A stretch of 64,000 nt of DNA, from positions 26,102,001 to 26,166,000 of the forward strand of contig CM114271.1 of NCBI GenBank assembly GCA_050084515.1, read 5' to 3'. The DNA comes from Blasia pusilla (lineage: Eukaryota). How positions within the stretch are numbered: the first letter of the stretch is position 1; every line of letters begins with the position of its first letter. The notes below the pieces were generated by a model that saw nothing but the letters and a program-made list of their open reading frames with translations, was not told where the DNA came from and did no database searches. Positions 13,301-26,497 of the stretch are shown here, piece by piece. The translations under genes and the position numbers were made by a program.

Positions 13301-15229
13301 CTACACTCTCCCTCCCCGAGACGTGTAACGTGCGGCAAATCGACCAGGCTATCATCTCATCGACAACCTACCCTCAACTCCGGACTTCCCACATAGGTCT
13401 ATGTCCCCTAAACCACATATATAAATGATGCTCTCAGCATCCACACACCCAATATCCCCAAATAAACTACCCAAATCCCAAAATCCCTCACACGTGCACG
13501 GTAAAGGACTAGAATGGGTAACCTAAACACATGTTGATGTCGCTCCTCAACAACTACACCCTAAACGCACGTTACACGTCTCGGAGAGGGAGAGTGTAGA
13601 TCGGTGCGGCGTTGCACGCAGCACGAAACGGCACGGCCCTCGGTGGTGGGATGCGGCACTTGGCGGCATACCCTCTTCAATCAACAATAAACACATACTT
13701 TGCTCCATAATGACGGTGCGGTTTCGAGATTGAGAAAATGCAGTGCAACCACGAGAGGCACAACACGGCAATCGGCGGCACGTTGCGGATACAAGCGTCA
13801 CGGCACGGTACTCGATTGTCGTCGAGTGGCTACCAATCACAACAAAACAACATGAAATCACAACTCAAACAACATAACCGGAGGTCATCTGCCAAGACTG
13901 GTTGATGACAAAACTCTGATGACGGTCGCATCCAAAATAAAGTACGTGGTGGTGATGCAAGTCAGAGAATCAACGAACGTCGTGGAAGACCCTCCACTCT
14001 GTAACGGCGGCAATGGCAACCAAAGGGTGGACAACGGACGGTGGACCGTTGATGGTGACGGTTTACCGGTGATTGTGACGGTTAACCATCGACGGTGATG
14101 GTTGAGTGTTGACGGCGGACCGTTGACGGTGAGTATGACGGTGACGGCCGCCGTCACCGTCGCGGCTGGTTTAGGGTTTGAACAATTTAACCCTAAAAAT
14201 TGATAGCAATGGCAATTTTTCAAGATTGACCATAACTTTTTGGTTGCAACTCCAAATTGCACATTGTTTGTTGCACAACATGCAGAGCTTCACGATCTAC
14301 AACAAAGTCAAAAAATATTTAGAATCAGACATTCTAGTAAAAACTGGCAGGGATTTTTGTAAAGCCCAATGTCTCTTTCTCCTACACAAAATTTGGCAGC
14401 GCTTCCGCGCTGATTTCTCCCAACGAAAATGTAAAACCTGTAAAAATACAAATCAGAAAGCTACATGGTGCTCTCGAGAGCACCGGCATGGGGCAAATTG
14501 CCCCCATACTCAATCCCTATCAAAAATTGGGTAGCGCTTCCGTGCGCTACTCTTCCACACAAAAAATCGGAAAATGCAAAGAACAATCAAAGCAGCCCTT
14601 GCTCCAGTGAGCACTCCCATGAGCCGCTAAATGGGGAATACGGTCCCCAACCTGCACAAACAGCAAGTGACCAGCGAGCTCCCCCATGAAGCTCTCTCAC
14701 TCTCTCATTCTCTCTTTGTAAAGTAAGATCCAATCTCTCTCTACACCATCTCGCACCATAGCTCTCAAAGGTGTGCACTCTCTCTCATGTCAAACCAATC
14801 CCACTCTCCTAATGAGAGGCTTGGGTTACACTCACAAGGCAAGGGACCATAGCTCCGCCGCCTTATGCCAAGAGGTTCAACAAAGAGAGAATGAGCTCTC
14901 AAGTTCTCTCTCCTTGAGGTATACCCCTGCTCTCTCCCAAGCTCTCTCCATGGTAACCTATTCTCCCAAGTCACCTCCTTGGCTCTTGACCTGAAGTAGG
15001 AGGTCAAGGGACACTTCCCAAAGTGGAAAGTCAATAATTCCCAACATGAAAACTTACCCGAATTAGTAAGTTTCTCTATATGGCTCCAAATGAGCCGAAA
15101 CGAAGGGGAAACCTGCTCTCTCAGTTTCCCAGGGCCTCAGCAAGTCATTCTTGACCTCCTAGGCCTATCCTCCACTACTCGTGAAGACGCTCTACTAGAT
15201 CCCACCGATCTATCCTAACAGTCGTGACA

Positions 15230-15560
15230 ATTTGCATATCACTCTAACGTGTATACTTTAGCATTAGTCTATCAAGTCCTTCAAAGGATATATAATATTT
15301 TTGTTCTTATTTCAATAAAATGATGAGTAGTGAATTTCCCTCAAATCTTGTTCTCTTAGAGATAAATTGCAAATAATGAATGATATGTCTTAGTCTTATT
15401 GTTTAAAGAAGTAGATGAAAATGACTCATGGCATTCATACATTGCACAAACAAGTTTTGTGCTATGAATACCATAAGTTATTGTCATGAGCCATGATTTT
15501 TATTCGGGAAAGGGCAATCCAAGATTGAAATGGCAAGCACTTTGGACCCCATCTACTTAG
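15230..15560 (-). mobile_element. Probable continuation of the Helitron remnant on the far side of element 1
   Basis: Removing 7406-15229 juxtaposes ...YTR*SDMQ with NDIDCPLQKFNQTFTW..., which reads plausibly as one Rep region. Weak because the sequence is degraded. Confidence 0.4.
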
Positions 15561-15566
15561 ATTCAC

Positions 15567-15754
<188 letters not shown>

Positions 15755-16007
15755 AAAATTGAAATATCCTACAAATGAATAAAAATTATCTCAATGTAGT
15801 GTAGTTCTTCTCCTTCTAACACAACATCTCTTTTATTCTTGCTTTCTCTAGTTGACTTGATCGTACCCTAGACGCGTGATTCAATCTTCAACTCCTACGA
15901 ATCTCACTGTCTCCATACATGGTAGGGTTTAGTGCAAGTATGACTTCAAAAGCCTACACAAACGCGCAAATACAACCGGCCTTAGGGAATTACTCTCTTT
16001 CCGGAAC

Positions 16008-16817
16008 TAGGAGAAGCATTTTTGCGCCAAGGGAACATCAGATCTTCCAAGCCACTTGTAATATGCCACATCAAATTATACATGCCAAGTCAATGAAGTG
16101 TCACCTAGGCTTTCCTCATTGTTGGAGCATGCTTGTGTAAGCCGAGGGATTTAAGTTGGTTGTTTTTTTGCAAACAACCTTAAATGTTATCGAAACTCCC
16201 CACATATATATGGATATGAACGAATTTTTCATACCCCTCTCTTCCCTACATAGATCTATCCTCATGGGAAACAAAAAATTCAAACTACCGACACAAAAGG
16301 AATAATAAATAGGACACATAAAATATCCACACTCCAATTTGGCTATACCTTCTTTCTCATGCTTGAAACATTCTTGCAAAGAAGACTTGGGACACCTACT
16401 CCTAAAGCGAATTAACATAACATTTTCAGTGCACACTGATTTTGGGATGAGTACATTTGGTAACTTTCATAATACTACCATCAGTAGACTCATAGGGAAT
16501 CTCTTAAATTGTGCCCCTCCCTAATCGAATCGGACTTTTAAAAGGGTGAATAATATTGAGAAAATTGTGCTATTGCAATTTATGGCAAGTTTCGAGGCCC
16601 AAAAAAAACTCTTCCGGTGTATGGGTGGAATTGCCATCCCGTTTGTTGAGCAAGTCCTTAAGGGTGCACTTTCCGTTCTTTGAGATCTTTCTAAGATAAG
16701 CAAGGTTGCATGTGGCACTACACATACCACCTGGGAATAGTTTTACTTTCTGACACCTGTATTGACCGGGAGACACGACTTTAACATTGCTCGTAACAAG
16801 CCCCTCTTCCTTCGATC
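16008..16817. repeat. Dispersed ~0.8 kb non-coding repeat; diverged inverted copy at ~62473-63335
   Basis: Blocks such as GTGTCACCTAGGCTTTCCTCATTGTTGGAGCATGCTTGTGTAAGCC match the reverse complement of ~63190-63236. Many substitutions and indels. Confidence 0.85.
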
Positions 16818-18609
16818 GTCACATATCTCATATTGCAAGTTCTACATTGCTAGTTGTAGAGCAGACTAGAAAGTGCTCCTGCCTTCAAAGTAGACAAGCT
16901 TTTTTGCAAAAGTTGTGACGATGCTTTCTTTGTTCTTACTAGTGAGAATGCCTGTGCGATGCACTGGCATCAAATTTTATACTAAAAAATACTAAGTTGA
17001 AGACGTGGGAAGGAAGGGAGGGTGGCCAGGCACAACATTGGATGGATGGCATCCATGTGGTTATGGTTATATCAGATCAGATGGGATTGAGTCAATGTTG
17101 GCCGAGTCCCCTGGGAAGCAGGGAGTGGGACAAAGAGCTTTGTGCGAGCGCTCTTGCACTTTTTTTTAGCCGCTCGGAAGTGCAAGAGTGAGATCCCACA
17201 AATCCCGAGCTCTTCCTTGTAGACTCATTGCCTTTGTGTAGGTAGAAAAGAACCTGCGAAGAGATGATCTACCTGGCCGGGGATGCCAATTGAGAAGAGT
17301 TCTCTACCTTTAAACGAAGAAGACAAATGGTATGAGGGGCTTGTTACCCGAAGTTGATGGAGGTTCGTCTTGAGGGAAGAATTATTCACTAACACTATCG
17401 CTGTTCGGTTGCCCACTTATTGGATAATCTATGCGCGCGGTTGAGGCGTGGACCTAAAACATGGTCCAAAAGACCCATATATGCAAATAAGGGGTGAAGC
17501 ATAGGGCAATCCTCTTTGATCAACCTTCTTGGAGAGTATCTAAGTCAAATTTTCATTTTTATCGTAGATCCAACTTATGTTATCAAGACTTCATGACACA
17601 AATGTAATAATTTTAGGATGTCATTGACTCATTGTGTGAGGTGTCACTACAAAGTAAGAATTCCTCTATTAGTACTATAGATTTAAAATCATCAAAATTA
17701 TTTTTACATTAATTTGGTCAATCTGTACAAAAAGTCTCCCTCATAAATAAGTATATTTCTCATAAAAAACCCTATATGTTTCTTTTATGATGCTTGGTCT
17801 ACAAGTTTTTTTTATATCTTTCAATACAACGCTTAGTTTGGAGAGAAAATTAGAATGTATTTTCAAATTTGGGAAGAAAATGTTGGATATTAAAAGAAGA
17901 GTAGACATGTAAGTATTACTAAACTATATTGAAGGGATTTTATTTTGGAAAAAAAGTAATTTTGAAGCTTGTTAGGGGGTGATTTTGAATTCCATTTTGG
18001 AAATTAAACATTGGATCTTTAAATGTTAGTTTAATCATAGCATTATGGTCATTAGCTCATTTAAACTCATTTTGTGAAGCTCTCAATAAGTGCAATACAT
18101 TAAGCTTTTTCCTTTTTTTTTCATTTTAAAATAAAAATTTATTTATGAAATTTTCTGAATCTTAATAAATATTATTCAAGCCCCCTCATATATTTGATAT
18201 TTTCCACTTGAAGATATTAAAATTATTTTCTAATACAAGGGGCCTAAGCAAATAAAATTTTCAAGTTTTAACGTTAGTTTGGAGGGGAAATCACATAGTA
18301 TCGGTGTAAGCCCGAAGAATGCACAGGTTTAAATTATCAGCTATAATTAACTCTCAAAGTTCTCAAATGCTATTTAAAACTAATTTTTTGAATGATTGTA
18401 GCTATTCAGAAACCAGACTATCTTATGGGCTAAAAGTGCTAAGTGTAAAAAAGAGAAGTGTTTGCAAAATGAAAGGAAATCTCCTATAATAATATGGATA
18501 AAATTAATTTCGAACAATCCTATTGGTTCAGGAAGCGGACGATCTTATTGACTGAAAGTGCCAAGTGTCAAAAGAAAAAGTGTTTGCAAAATGAAAGGTC
18601 GCTTTTCCA

Positions 18610-18863
18610 CCTCGGCGTATTCATCCTCGGGTTAGTTCACCCCAGATCAAGATCCTGGCGTCTCAGGCTCTATTTTGGGTAACAAATTAAAACATTTATT
18701 AATACCTTATGTATCATGCACGGGACTCTTGTGGAGTGGATGGTGCACTCACTATTAAGGTGTAGCTCTAGGTTCGATTATGCTTAGGATGGTTTGTTTT
18801 GCACGAGCCCTTCGCCCGAGTCTAACCTTGGGTTAGCTAAACAGAGGATGAATAGGCGCCAGG
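18610..18863. mobile_element. MITE-like element, possibly hAT-derived
   Basis: Imperfect ~30-bp terminal inverted repeats (CCTCGGCGTATTCATCCTCGGGTTAG / CTAAACAGAGGATGAATAGGCGCCAGG) and near-duplicated 8-bp flanks CTTTTCCA / CTTTCCCA. Confidence 0.6.
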
Positions 18864-20535
18864 CTTTCCCATAATAATATGGATTTTGTGAAATATAGAA
18901 GGACAATAGTGGAAGAGTGAAAAAAACTTATTCTTCTAAAGGATAAAAAAGACTTTCGGTTCTAAATTCTTTTTCTATTTTCAAGTTTAGTTGGGAGGGA
19001 AGTTTTAACTCTATTTTAGAAAAAGAAAATATTGGAGGAAAATAATTATTTTATTTTCTTTCTTTCTACATGAGGGTTGAAAAAATGAACTTAGTAATAA
19101 GCTTGAGATTATTTATTTTGAAATGATGAAGGGAAAATATTTTTTGAAAAGAAGGAAATAAGGATTCCATAACCATAAAGACATTTATATTTTTTATTTG
19201 GATCTTTCAATCTTTATGGAAATCTCTTAAGTCTCCTTGGTGATAAGTATAGTTACCTATTTAAAGAAGAATACTTTTTTTAGGGTGCTTAGTATGAAAA
19301 TTACTTAGATCTTTCAATTTGAAGCTTAGTTGGAGGGAAATTTTGAATGTATTTTCCAATCTTGGAAAGAAACATTGGTTAGTAATAGAAGAGTGGCTAA
19401 TAAATTATTACTAAAATATATGCAATCGATTTTATTTCAGAAAATATTTGTAATTTTCAAGTGTGGTTGGAAGTAAATTTTCTTGAAAAATTTTGGAAAC
19501 TAAATCCAATAAAATATAATTTTCTATTAAGGTTATAACTCTTAATATGGGATCGGCTCATTTCAAAAGCTCCTAATGAGGGCCATGTGTGAAGCTTTTC
19601 AATTCTCTTGAAGTTTGATTTGATTTTATCCTAGACTAAGCTAGAAAGTGGGTGGAAAGAGATTAAAGTAATAACATCAATTTTCCATTAAACGACGTTC
19701 AACTTTTCTCACTCTTAATGAAAAGAACTTTCAATCTCCCTCAAATTTTTTATATTTTCTCATTTGAAAAATTAAAAATTATCTTTTATATTTAATAAAA
19801 TAATAATTAAAAGCTCAAATTTTAACTTTCATTTCTAAATGCTTTTAGAATTTACAAACTTAGTTCTCGACTTAGTTTGGAGGGAAATTTAAACTATATT
19901 TTGGAAAAGGAAATTTGATCAAAATGGGGAATTAGTTTTTCTTACTTGAGAGATTAGTATGGTTTACGTTGTGCACGGAAAATTTTTTGTTTCTGCAAAC
20001 ATGTTCATGTTGGCGCGGGTATGGACTTCGCGATGCGCCGATCGAGCATTCCGTCCTTGCTAGGATAGCCCGCATCACGTCCATGCAACCTGACGCCCAT
20101 TTTTGTTGCCTAATTTCTAGCTCGCATCCGGCAAGCTAGCTCCCGCATCGCGAACGAGTTGGGCGCGCAGCTCGGACCACGCGGAGCCTGCAAGAGGCTC
20201 GTGTCTAGCCCAGCTACGGGCTCAGGGACTTTACTGTTCATTGGATTACTTGCCCTTGTGAGAGCAAAGATAGGGGAACTTTTCTTAATTTTTTTTCCAA
20301 ATTTTGGAAGTACTCACCGCTAAGATAGGGTGGTTTTTTTTTGCCAAATTTGCAATGGTATGTAAGTAAGGGGTGACACAATCTAAAATCCAAGTAGAAA
20401 AAAAGAAAAGGGTACAAGTTACTAAATGCAGTAAAATATTATATTTTAGGTATACATTTGATAAAAATATATATATCAAAATTCCCATAGAAAAGAAAAT
20501 ACACCTTCCTTAAAAACATTAAAAATAACACAAAT

Positions 20536-20852
20536 AAACTTTGGGTGAGGTCATGTAGACAAACCCTCATCATAAGACCTCCAAAAAATCTGAAACTTTT
20601 TCAAGATATGTATTTCCTTAGAGCGTAAGTGAGAAGGAGAAAACGAGTATGGGTACGTACGAGGCGAGGAGGAATGCAAAGTAGAAAGGGACTAAGAGGA
20701 CCACTTTGGGTCCCATTGTTCTGAAGAGCACGCCGAAAAGAGGACAGCCAGGCGATCGAAGGAAAAATGCGAAACTTTGGGTGAGGTCATGTAGACAAAC
20801 CCTCATCATAAGACCTCCAAAAAATCTGAAACTTTTTCAAGATATGTATTTC
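20536..20852. repeat. 81-bp direct repeat (20536-20616, 20772-20852) flanking a 155-bp insert
   Basis: Both copies read AAACTTTGGGTGAGGTCATG...CAAGATATGTATTTC. The insert matches the reverse complement of 61683-61772 and also 26498-26531. Confidence 0.92.
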
Positions 20853-21933
20853 TATATCTTCATAATGCTGGATATTTTTCAGAGCCAAATGATCTTCCAA
20901 GACTAAGTTAAAATTCCAAACCTAAAACCCTAAGGAAAATTTTGGAGGCTTTTTAAAATCCAGATTTCATGATCTGAACCATTCATATCACCCCTAGTGG
21001 GATGTCACACATCCCTCAAAAGTTTCATTCAAATTCAGTGGTCCAATTGTATGTTCCATCCCCTCCATCATGGGACTTGCGCGTTTGTGAGCCGGAGAGC
21101 ACAAATTTCTCTATACTCATTTTCTAGTCCTAAAAAGTTTCATGGGCATGTGTTGAAGCATGGGAGTGATCTGCAAAGTTTGAGGGTTTTTTAACTTGTG
21201 AGGATGGAATTAAAAACCAAACATGATATGTCTCTTGGGATTTTTATTTTGAAACTGCAACATGAAAATGAAGACCTGAACCGTCCAATTCATGAGAAAC
21301 AAGATGGTTGTTAAAACATAAAAAAAAATGGGGAAGATCTAATGGTGAAAATGAAAGGATTAGGTTGAAAGTACCAAAATTGTCATAAGGGAAGAAAGTT
21401 TGGCTTTTAGAGCTAGATGGCCTCATATCATTCTCCAACCCTCCCTTTGAATTTATGTATTTGGGTTTTCAGAACAATTGGATTAGGAGAATCAAGGGTC
21501 TTTATCAGAGGTGTATGTGAGCCCTAGGATGCTCAGATTTGATCGTGGACTCACGAACAGGGAGAGCCCTAATATCACTCCCAATAGGGACTTTAAGCCA
21601 CTGGATCAAGTAGGGTTGATCAGGGCCGTTGATTTGGAGGGGAGGGGGGAGAAGGGGTAGTCGGACCCTAATGCCATTCTCTCCCTCATATTCCGAGTTG
21701 GAGAGATAGGGAGTTAGAGTCTTTGCTACCAAGGCGAAGCCTGGCCTGTTCAATTTGCTGCTGCTTGTGCTTCAGAGAAGGCTCCATTGCTCTCCCATTC
21801 AGATTTTTTGCTGTTGTTGCAGCTCAAGGAGATCCTGCTGCACCTGGTTTCGTCCGAGGTTGTGGTGCTGTTGGCTTTTGCTCTCGGATACTTGTTGGTG
21901 CTGCACCTGGTTCCATCCGAGGTTTTTACTCTT

Positions 21934-22315
21934 GCTGCTGCAAGAGCTCACTCTCGGACTCTTGCTGCTGCTGTTTAAGATCTCGGCTGGTTGTTGTTGT
22001 CCTTGCTGCTGCAATTGTTGTTGTTATTGGTGGTGGTGGTGGTGCTATTGCTGTTGATGGTGGTGGTGCTGTTGTTGGAAAACAGGTCTTGCCCTTTGCT
22101 CTCTACTGAAGCCCTCACACAGAAGTTCTGGTTTGCTCTCTTCTATGTCCAACACAGAAGTTAGTCACTCCTGCTGCTGCAAACCAGGTCTTGCCCTTTG
22201 CTATATTGCATTGCTCCAACCTCGGACTCACTCACTCCTGCTGTTGTTTTTGCAATAGCTTTTGCTGTTGCAAGTTCCATCTTTGGACTCCACTTCTGAT
22301 GGTGCAGCTCTTGCT
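21934..22315. repeat. Outer extension of the inverted duplication (low-complexity CAG/CAA/CAC-rich); inverted partner 63618-64000 runs off the window
   Basis: Reverse complement of 63618-64000 matches with few differences. Confidence 0.9.
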
Positions 22316-22329
22316 GACCATCAGAAGTG

Positions 22330-25300
22330 ATAGTTGATGGCAGAGAAGAGAAGACCTTGAATATGGATGCTCGAGCCACGAAAGACTTCGAGAAGAGAGA
22401 TCGAAAGGCCCTTGGAATTATGATGATGTCAACGAGAGATTCTCAAATCCCTCATTTGAAACATGCAGAGACCTCCAAGGAAGCTTGGACTACACTTGAA
22501 GCGGTTCATGCTAGCACAAGCATGACCAGAAAACTGGCATTACAGAGGTGAATTTACTCAATGAAGATGAGCTCGACCTCGACTATGTATTCACACCTCA
22601 GCATTATGAAAGAGCTAAGAGATGATCTGGCAGAAGTTAAGGTCTTAATTGATGATGAAACCATGGCAGCCACTATGATGAATAGTGTGGCCCAAGACTC
22701 CTACGGATACTTCATAAACTCTCTAGCCGTGAGAGAAAAGACGCCTACTTTTTCTGAACTATGCACACTCCTACTTGAAGAAGAAAGGAGACGCAACGAC
22801 CTTGCTGCCCAAGAAGGACAAGAATCGGGACCTAGCGCTCTATTCAGCCAGAAGAAGGGAACATTCCCTCGTCAATATGAAGAAAAGCGATCACAAGAGC
22901 GCAACACATCCGGACCAAAGGCCCAAACCTTCCGCACCACCGAGAAAAAGTTCAATGGTAAGACCTATAGCACTACCAGCAAGAAGGAGTGCACAATATG
23001 CGGTAAGATTGGCCATGACTCCAATCAATGTTGGTACAGGAATGATCGCCACAATCGATCAATGAGACCACAAGAAAAGCAACGAAGCTTCCTCGCCGAG
23101 AATGGGAGAACCAATTGAGCACTCACACCAGAAAGTGAAGATGATGCACGAGGACTTATCTCGGCATTGATTACCACAAACCAAGTGGACAAGTGGTTCA
23201 TTGATAGCGGCGCCACCAACCATATGATAAAAAATAAAGGTTGGTTCACATCTTACAAACCTTTGATGAATGGACCTGAAGTATCAATGGGAGACGGCTC
23301 CATTCACTCTGCGATTGGGGAAGGAGATGTGCAAGTGACATTGCCCTCGGGTGAAGATTATACAATCAAGGATGTGTGGCATATTCCAGCTTTAACACAC
23401 AACCTTATCTCCATCGGCCAGATCACCGAAAGAGAGAATATGAAGGTTGTTTTTGATTCCAAAGGATGCGAGTTCTTACGAGAGGCAAAAAATTCTGTCG
23501 CTGCCCAAGGAGTAAGGTATGGACGACTATATAAACTTCTTAGCAAGCCGAGCCCTCAACTATTTGCAAGATCTTCAAACCAACTACAAGTTTGGCATGA
23601 AAGACTTGGGCACTTTAACACGAAGGGCCTCAAGTTGTTAAGCAAAGACAATATGGTTGGAGGGTTACCTAAATTAAGTGGAGAAATATCCACTTGTGAC
23701 ACTTGCTTACGAGGCAAGCAATCAAGGCATACCCTCTCAAGGGCTTCAACTCCCCTCCACCTAGTCCACATCAAACTTGGAGGACCAATTCAAACGGCTT
23801 CACTATCAGGGGCAAGGTACTACATGCTATTAGTTGATGACCATTCAAGATTTATGTGGGTTTATTTCCTACAACACAAATCCAATGCATTAGGTATACT
23901 CAAGAAATTTCTTACATTGATGAGAACTCAATCTACTGCAGCAGTGGGATCCTTGCATCTACACCTTGGCGTGCCGCCCTCAAAGGTGAAGGTGATACGA
24001 ACGGATAGGGGAGGTGAATTCATGGGGAAAGCATTTGAGACCTTTTGTTGCGATCATGGCATCCGTCATCAACTTACTACGGCCTACACCCCACAACAAA
24101 ATGGTATTGTTGAGAGGAGGAATCGAACGGTAGTTGAGATGGCAAGGTGCATGTTGAAGGGGCGAAATCTCGCCAACTATCTTTGGGCAGAGGCCATAAA
24201 CATGGCCATCTACATCCTCAACAAGTGCCCAACAAGGGCTTTGGAGGAGAAAACGCCTGAAGAAGTCTTCACTGGCATCAAACCAAATGTCTCACACCTT
24301 CGAATCTTTGGGTGTGGAGCTTATGCACATATACCAAAAGAATTGAGGAGAAAACTTGATGATAAAAGTGTGAGATGCATATTTATTGGCTATGGCACTA
24401 GAGAGAAAGCTTACAAGCTCTTCTCCTTGGAGCACCACAAGGTGTTTATGAGCCGTGACGTCATATTTGATGAAGACACTCCCCACTCCGAAGAGCATCA
24501 ATCAAACGACCGAGAGTGGCCTCAAACCTCCACGAACGAGGAGTCAGAAAATGAATCTGACAAGGATACACCATCCTCAAGGCCCACAACTTATGTTGAT
24601 CTACCACCAACACTTGGTGAAAGAGGTCAAGGATTGGACAATATGGAGTCCACACTTGCGCTACCACCTCCACGAAGGTCAAGTCGACTACGCCAACTTC
24701 CTTCCAACTTACGAGAGGATTACATTTTACGATGGCTTTCTTTCTAAGTCATACACCATTTCAGCAAGCTCCCATTGAGCCTCAATCATTCCAAGAGGCA
24801 TGCACTAATCCACATTGGCAACATGCAATGACCGAGGAGTACAATGCCATAGTTGCCAACCGAACATGGGACCTGGTCTGTCTCCCATCAGGGAGGACTG
24901 CTTTCCCTACAAAGTGGGTTTATAAGTGTAAGTATAACGCTGATGGATCGTTGTCCAGGTACAAGGCAAGGCTAGTAGCAAAAGGCTATGATGAGACATA
25001 TGCATCAGTTGCAAAAATGACCATGATTCGAGTGATCATATCTCTTGCAGTCATGTTTGATTGGCCCCTATTGCAGATGGATGTTCAAAATGCCTTCTTA
25101 AATGGCACTTTGGAAGAAGAGGTATATCTACAACAACCTCAAGGCTTTACTGCTCCTGGAAATGAAGACCTTGTCTGCAAGATGCGGAAAGCTCTTTATG
25201 GCCTGATGCAAGCAAATCGAATATGGAATCAAGCCTATGACTCGACTATGTTAAACAAACTTGGATTTGCAAAGAGTAAACACGACCCGAACCTTTATCT

Positions 25301-26497
25301 CAAGATCTCTACTTACGGGATTGTCATTGTGATCTTATATGTGGATGGCTTGATCATTACTGGAGATGATGTACAAGGGATACGTGATCTTAAAGAAGGA
25401 CTCTCCTCTTCATTCAAAATGACAGATCTTGGGAGTTTACACTTCTGCCTAGGACTTGAAGTAAAGCGAGGGCCAAAAATGACCTTCTTGACTCAAGAAA
25501 GGCATATAGCTATCTTGCTTCAAACTTTTGGCCTAGAGGACTGCAAATCAACGCCCACTCCGACGAGTACAGAGAGACTTACTTATAATGATCAAGAGGA
25601 GAAGGTGGACTTGAAAGAGTACCAAAAATTGGTGGGGTGACTTATCTATATCACCAACTCCCGACCAGATATTGCATATGCAGTAAGCCAGATCAGCCAA
25701 CATATGGCTGATCCCCGAAAGTCTCACCTTATTGCAGCAAAGAGGGTGGCAAGGTATCTTAAGGGTACAAACACATTTGGGCCGATAGAGGAATCCAACA
25801 AGCTCCGATAATCTTGGGATTCTCAGATGCTGATTATGCAGGTTGTCCAATAACTCGCAAATCAACTTCAGGATATTTCTTCTCCTTTGGAAGTGCGGCT
25901 GCGAGCTTCTCATCAAAGAAGCAAGCCTCAATTTCTCTATCTTCCACGGAGGCAGAATACCGTGGATTGACAAATGCCACAACGGAAGCCATATGGCTTA
26001 GAGGACTATTGGCTGAACTTCGATTTACCCAATCTGATCCTACTGTAATCTTGGGTGATAACATTAGTTCTATTTATTTGTCCAGAAATCCAGTCTTCCA
26101 TTCACGAACCAAACATATCGAAGTGCATCACTTTGTTGGAGAAAAGGTAGTGAGTGGGGACATCAATGTTGTGTGGTGTCCGATGACGAACAGGTTGCTG
26201 AAATCTTCACCAAAGGCCTTCCTATTGCTAAGTTTGAAAGATTTAGATCACTTCTTGGTGTTTTAGATTCTATGTAAAAACATATGTGTTCAAAGAGGAT
26301 GTTCCGTTTAGGGAAGATGTTGGAATGTGTACACTGTTACAAGCCGTAAACAAAGAGGCTTCAACGTTGGGTGCAACGTACATGCTGCATAGACGAGTTA
26401 GGCTCCAATCAAACAAGCACTTAGCTCATGTAAAAAACTCTTCACATGGCTGTGACCAATCAATTTCCGCTCAGCAGAATTGCTGAAATAAACTTCG
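22330..26497 (+). mobile_element. Ty1/Copia retrotransposon, 5'-truncated and inactivated (left copy); 3' LTR 26318-26497
   Basis: gag CCHC CTICGKIGHDSNQC, protease WFIDSGAT, WHERLGH, integrase (RTDRGGEF, QQNGIVER), RT (RYKARLVAKG, YVDG for YVDD), RNase H (SDADYAG, SSTEAEY, RTKHIEV). PPT TAGGGAAGA precedes TGTTGG. In-frame stops present. Confidence 0.95.

Larger units (their letters stand above)
7406..15229 (-). mobile_element. Ty3/Gypsy LTR retrotransposon carrying a C5 DNA methyltransferase (element 1); internally deleted, probably chimeric, non-functional
   Basis: Minus-strand order: TGTCACGAC start (15229), gag (~11500-13300, CCHC knuckle CWSCGGAHHQRDC ~12085-12125), protease LLDSRAQP (~10985-11010), MTase (9363-10305), RT N-terminus (RRMCGDY, 8584-9015), jump to integrase C-terminus (8324-8572), PHD, PPT (~7988-7998), terminal repeats ending CATGACA (7406). 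Confidence 0.85.

Noticed and set aside
10404-13396. Long plus-strand ORFs (10404-10700, 10800-11342, 12875-13396)
   Set aside because: Antisense shadows of minus-strand gag-pol.
16008-16817. Part of the main inverted duplication
   Set aside because: Much more diverged from 62473-63335 than the arms are from each other and not collinear with them; treated as a dispersed repeat.
21723-22109. Cys-, Trp- or Gln-rich ORFs as real proteins
   Set aside because: Products of low-complexity trinucleotide sequence with no recognisable domain.
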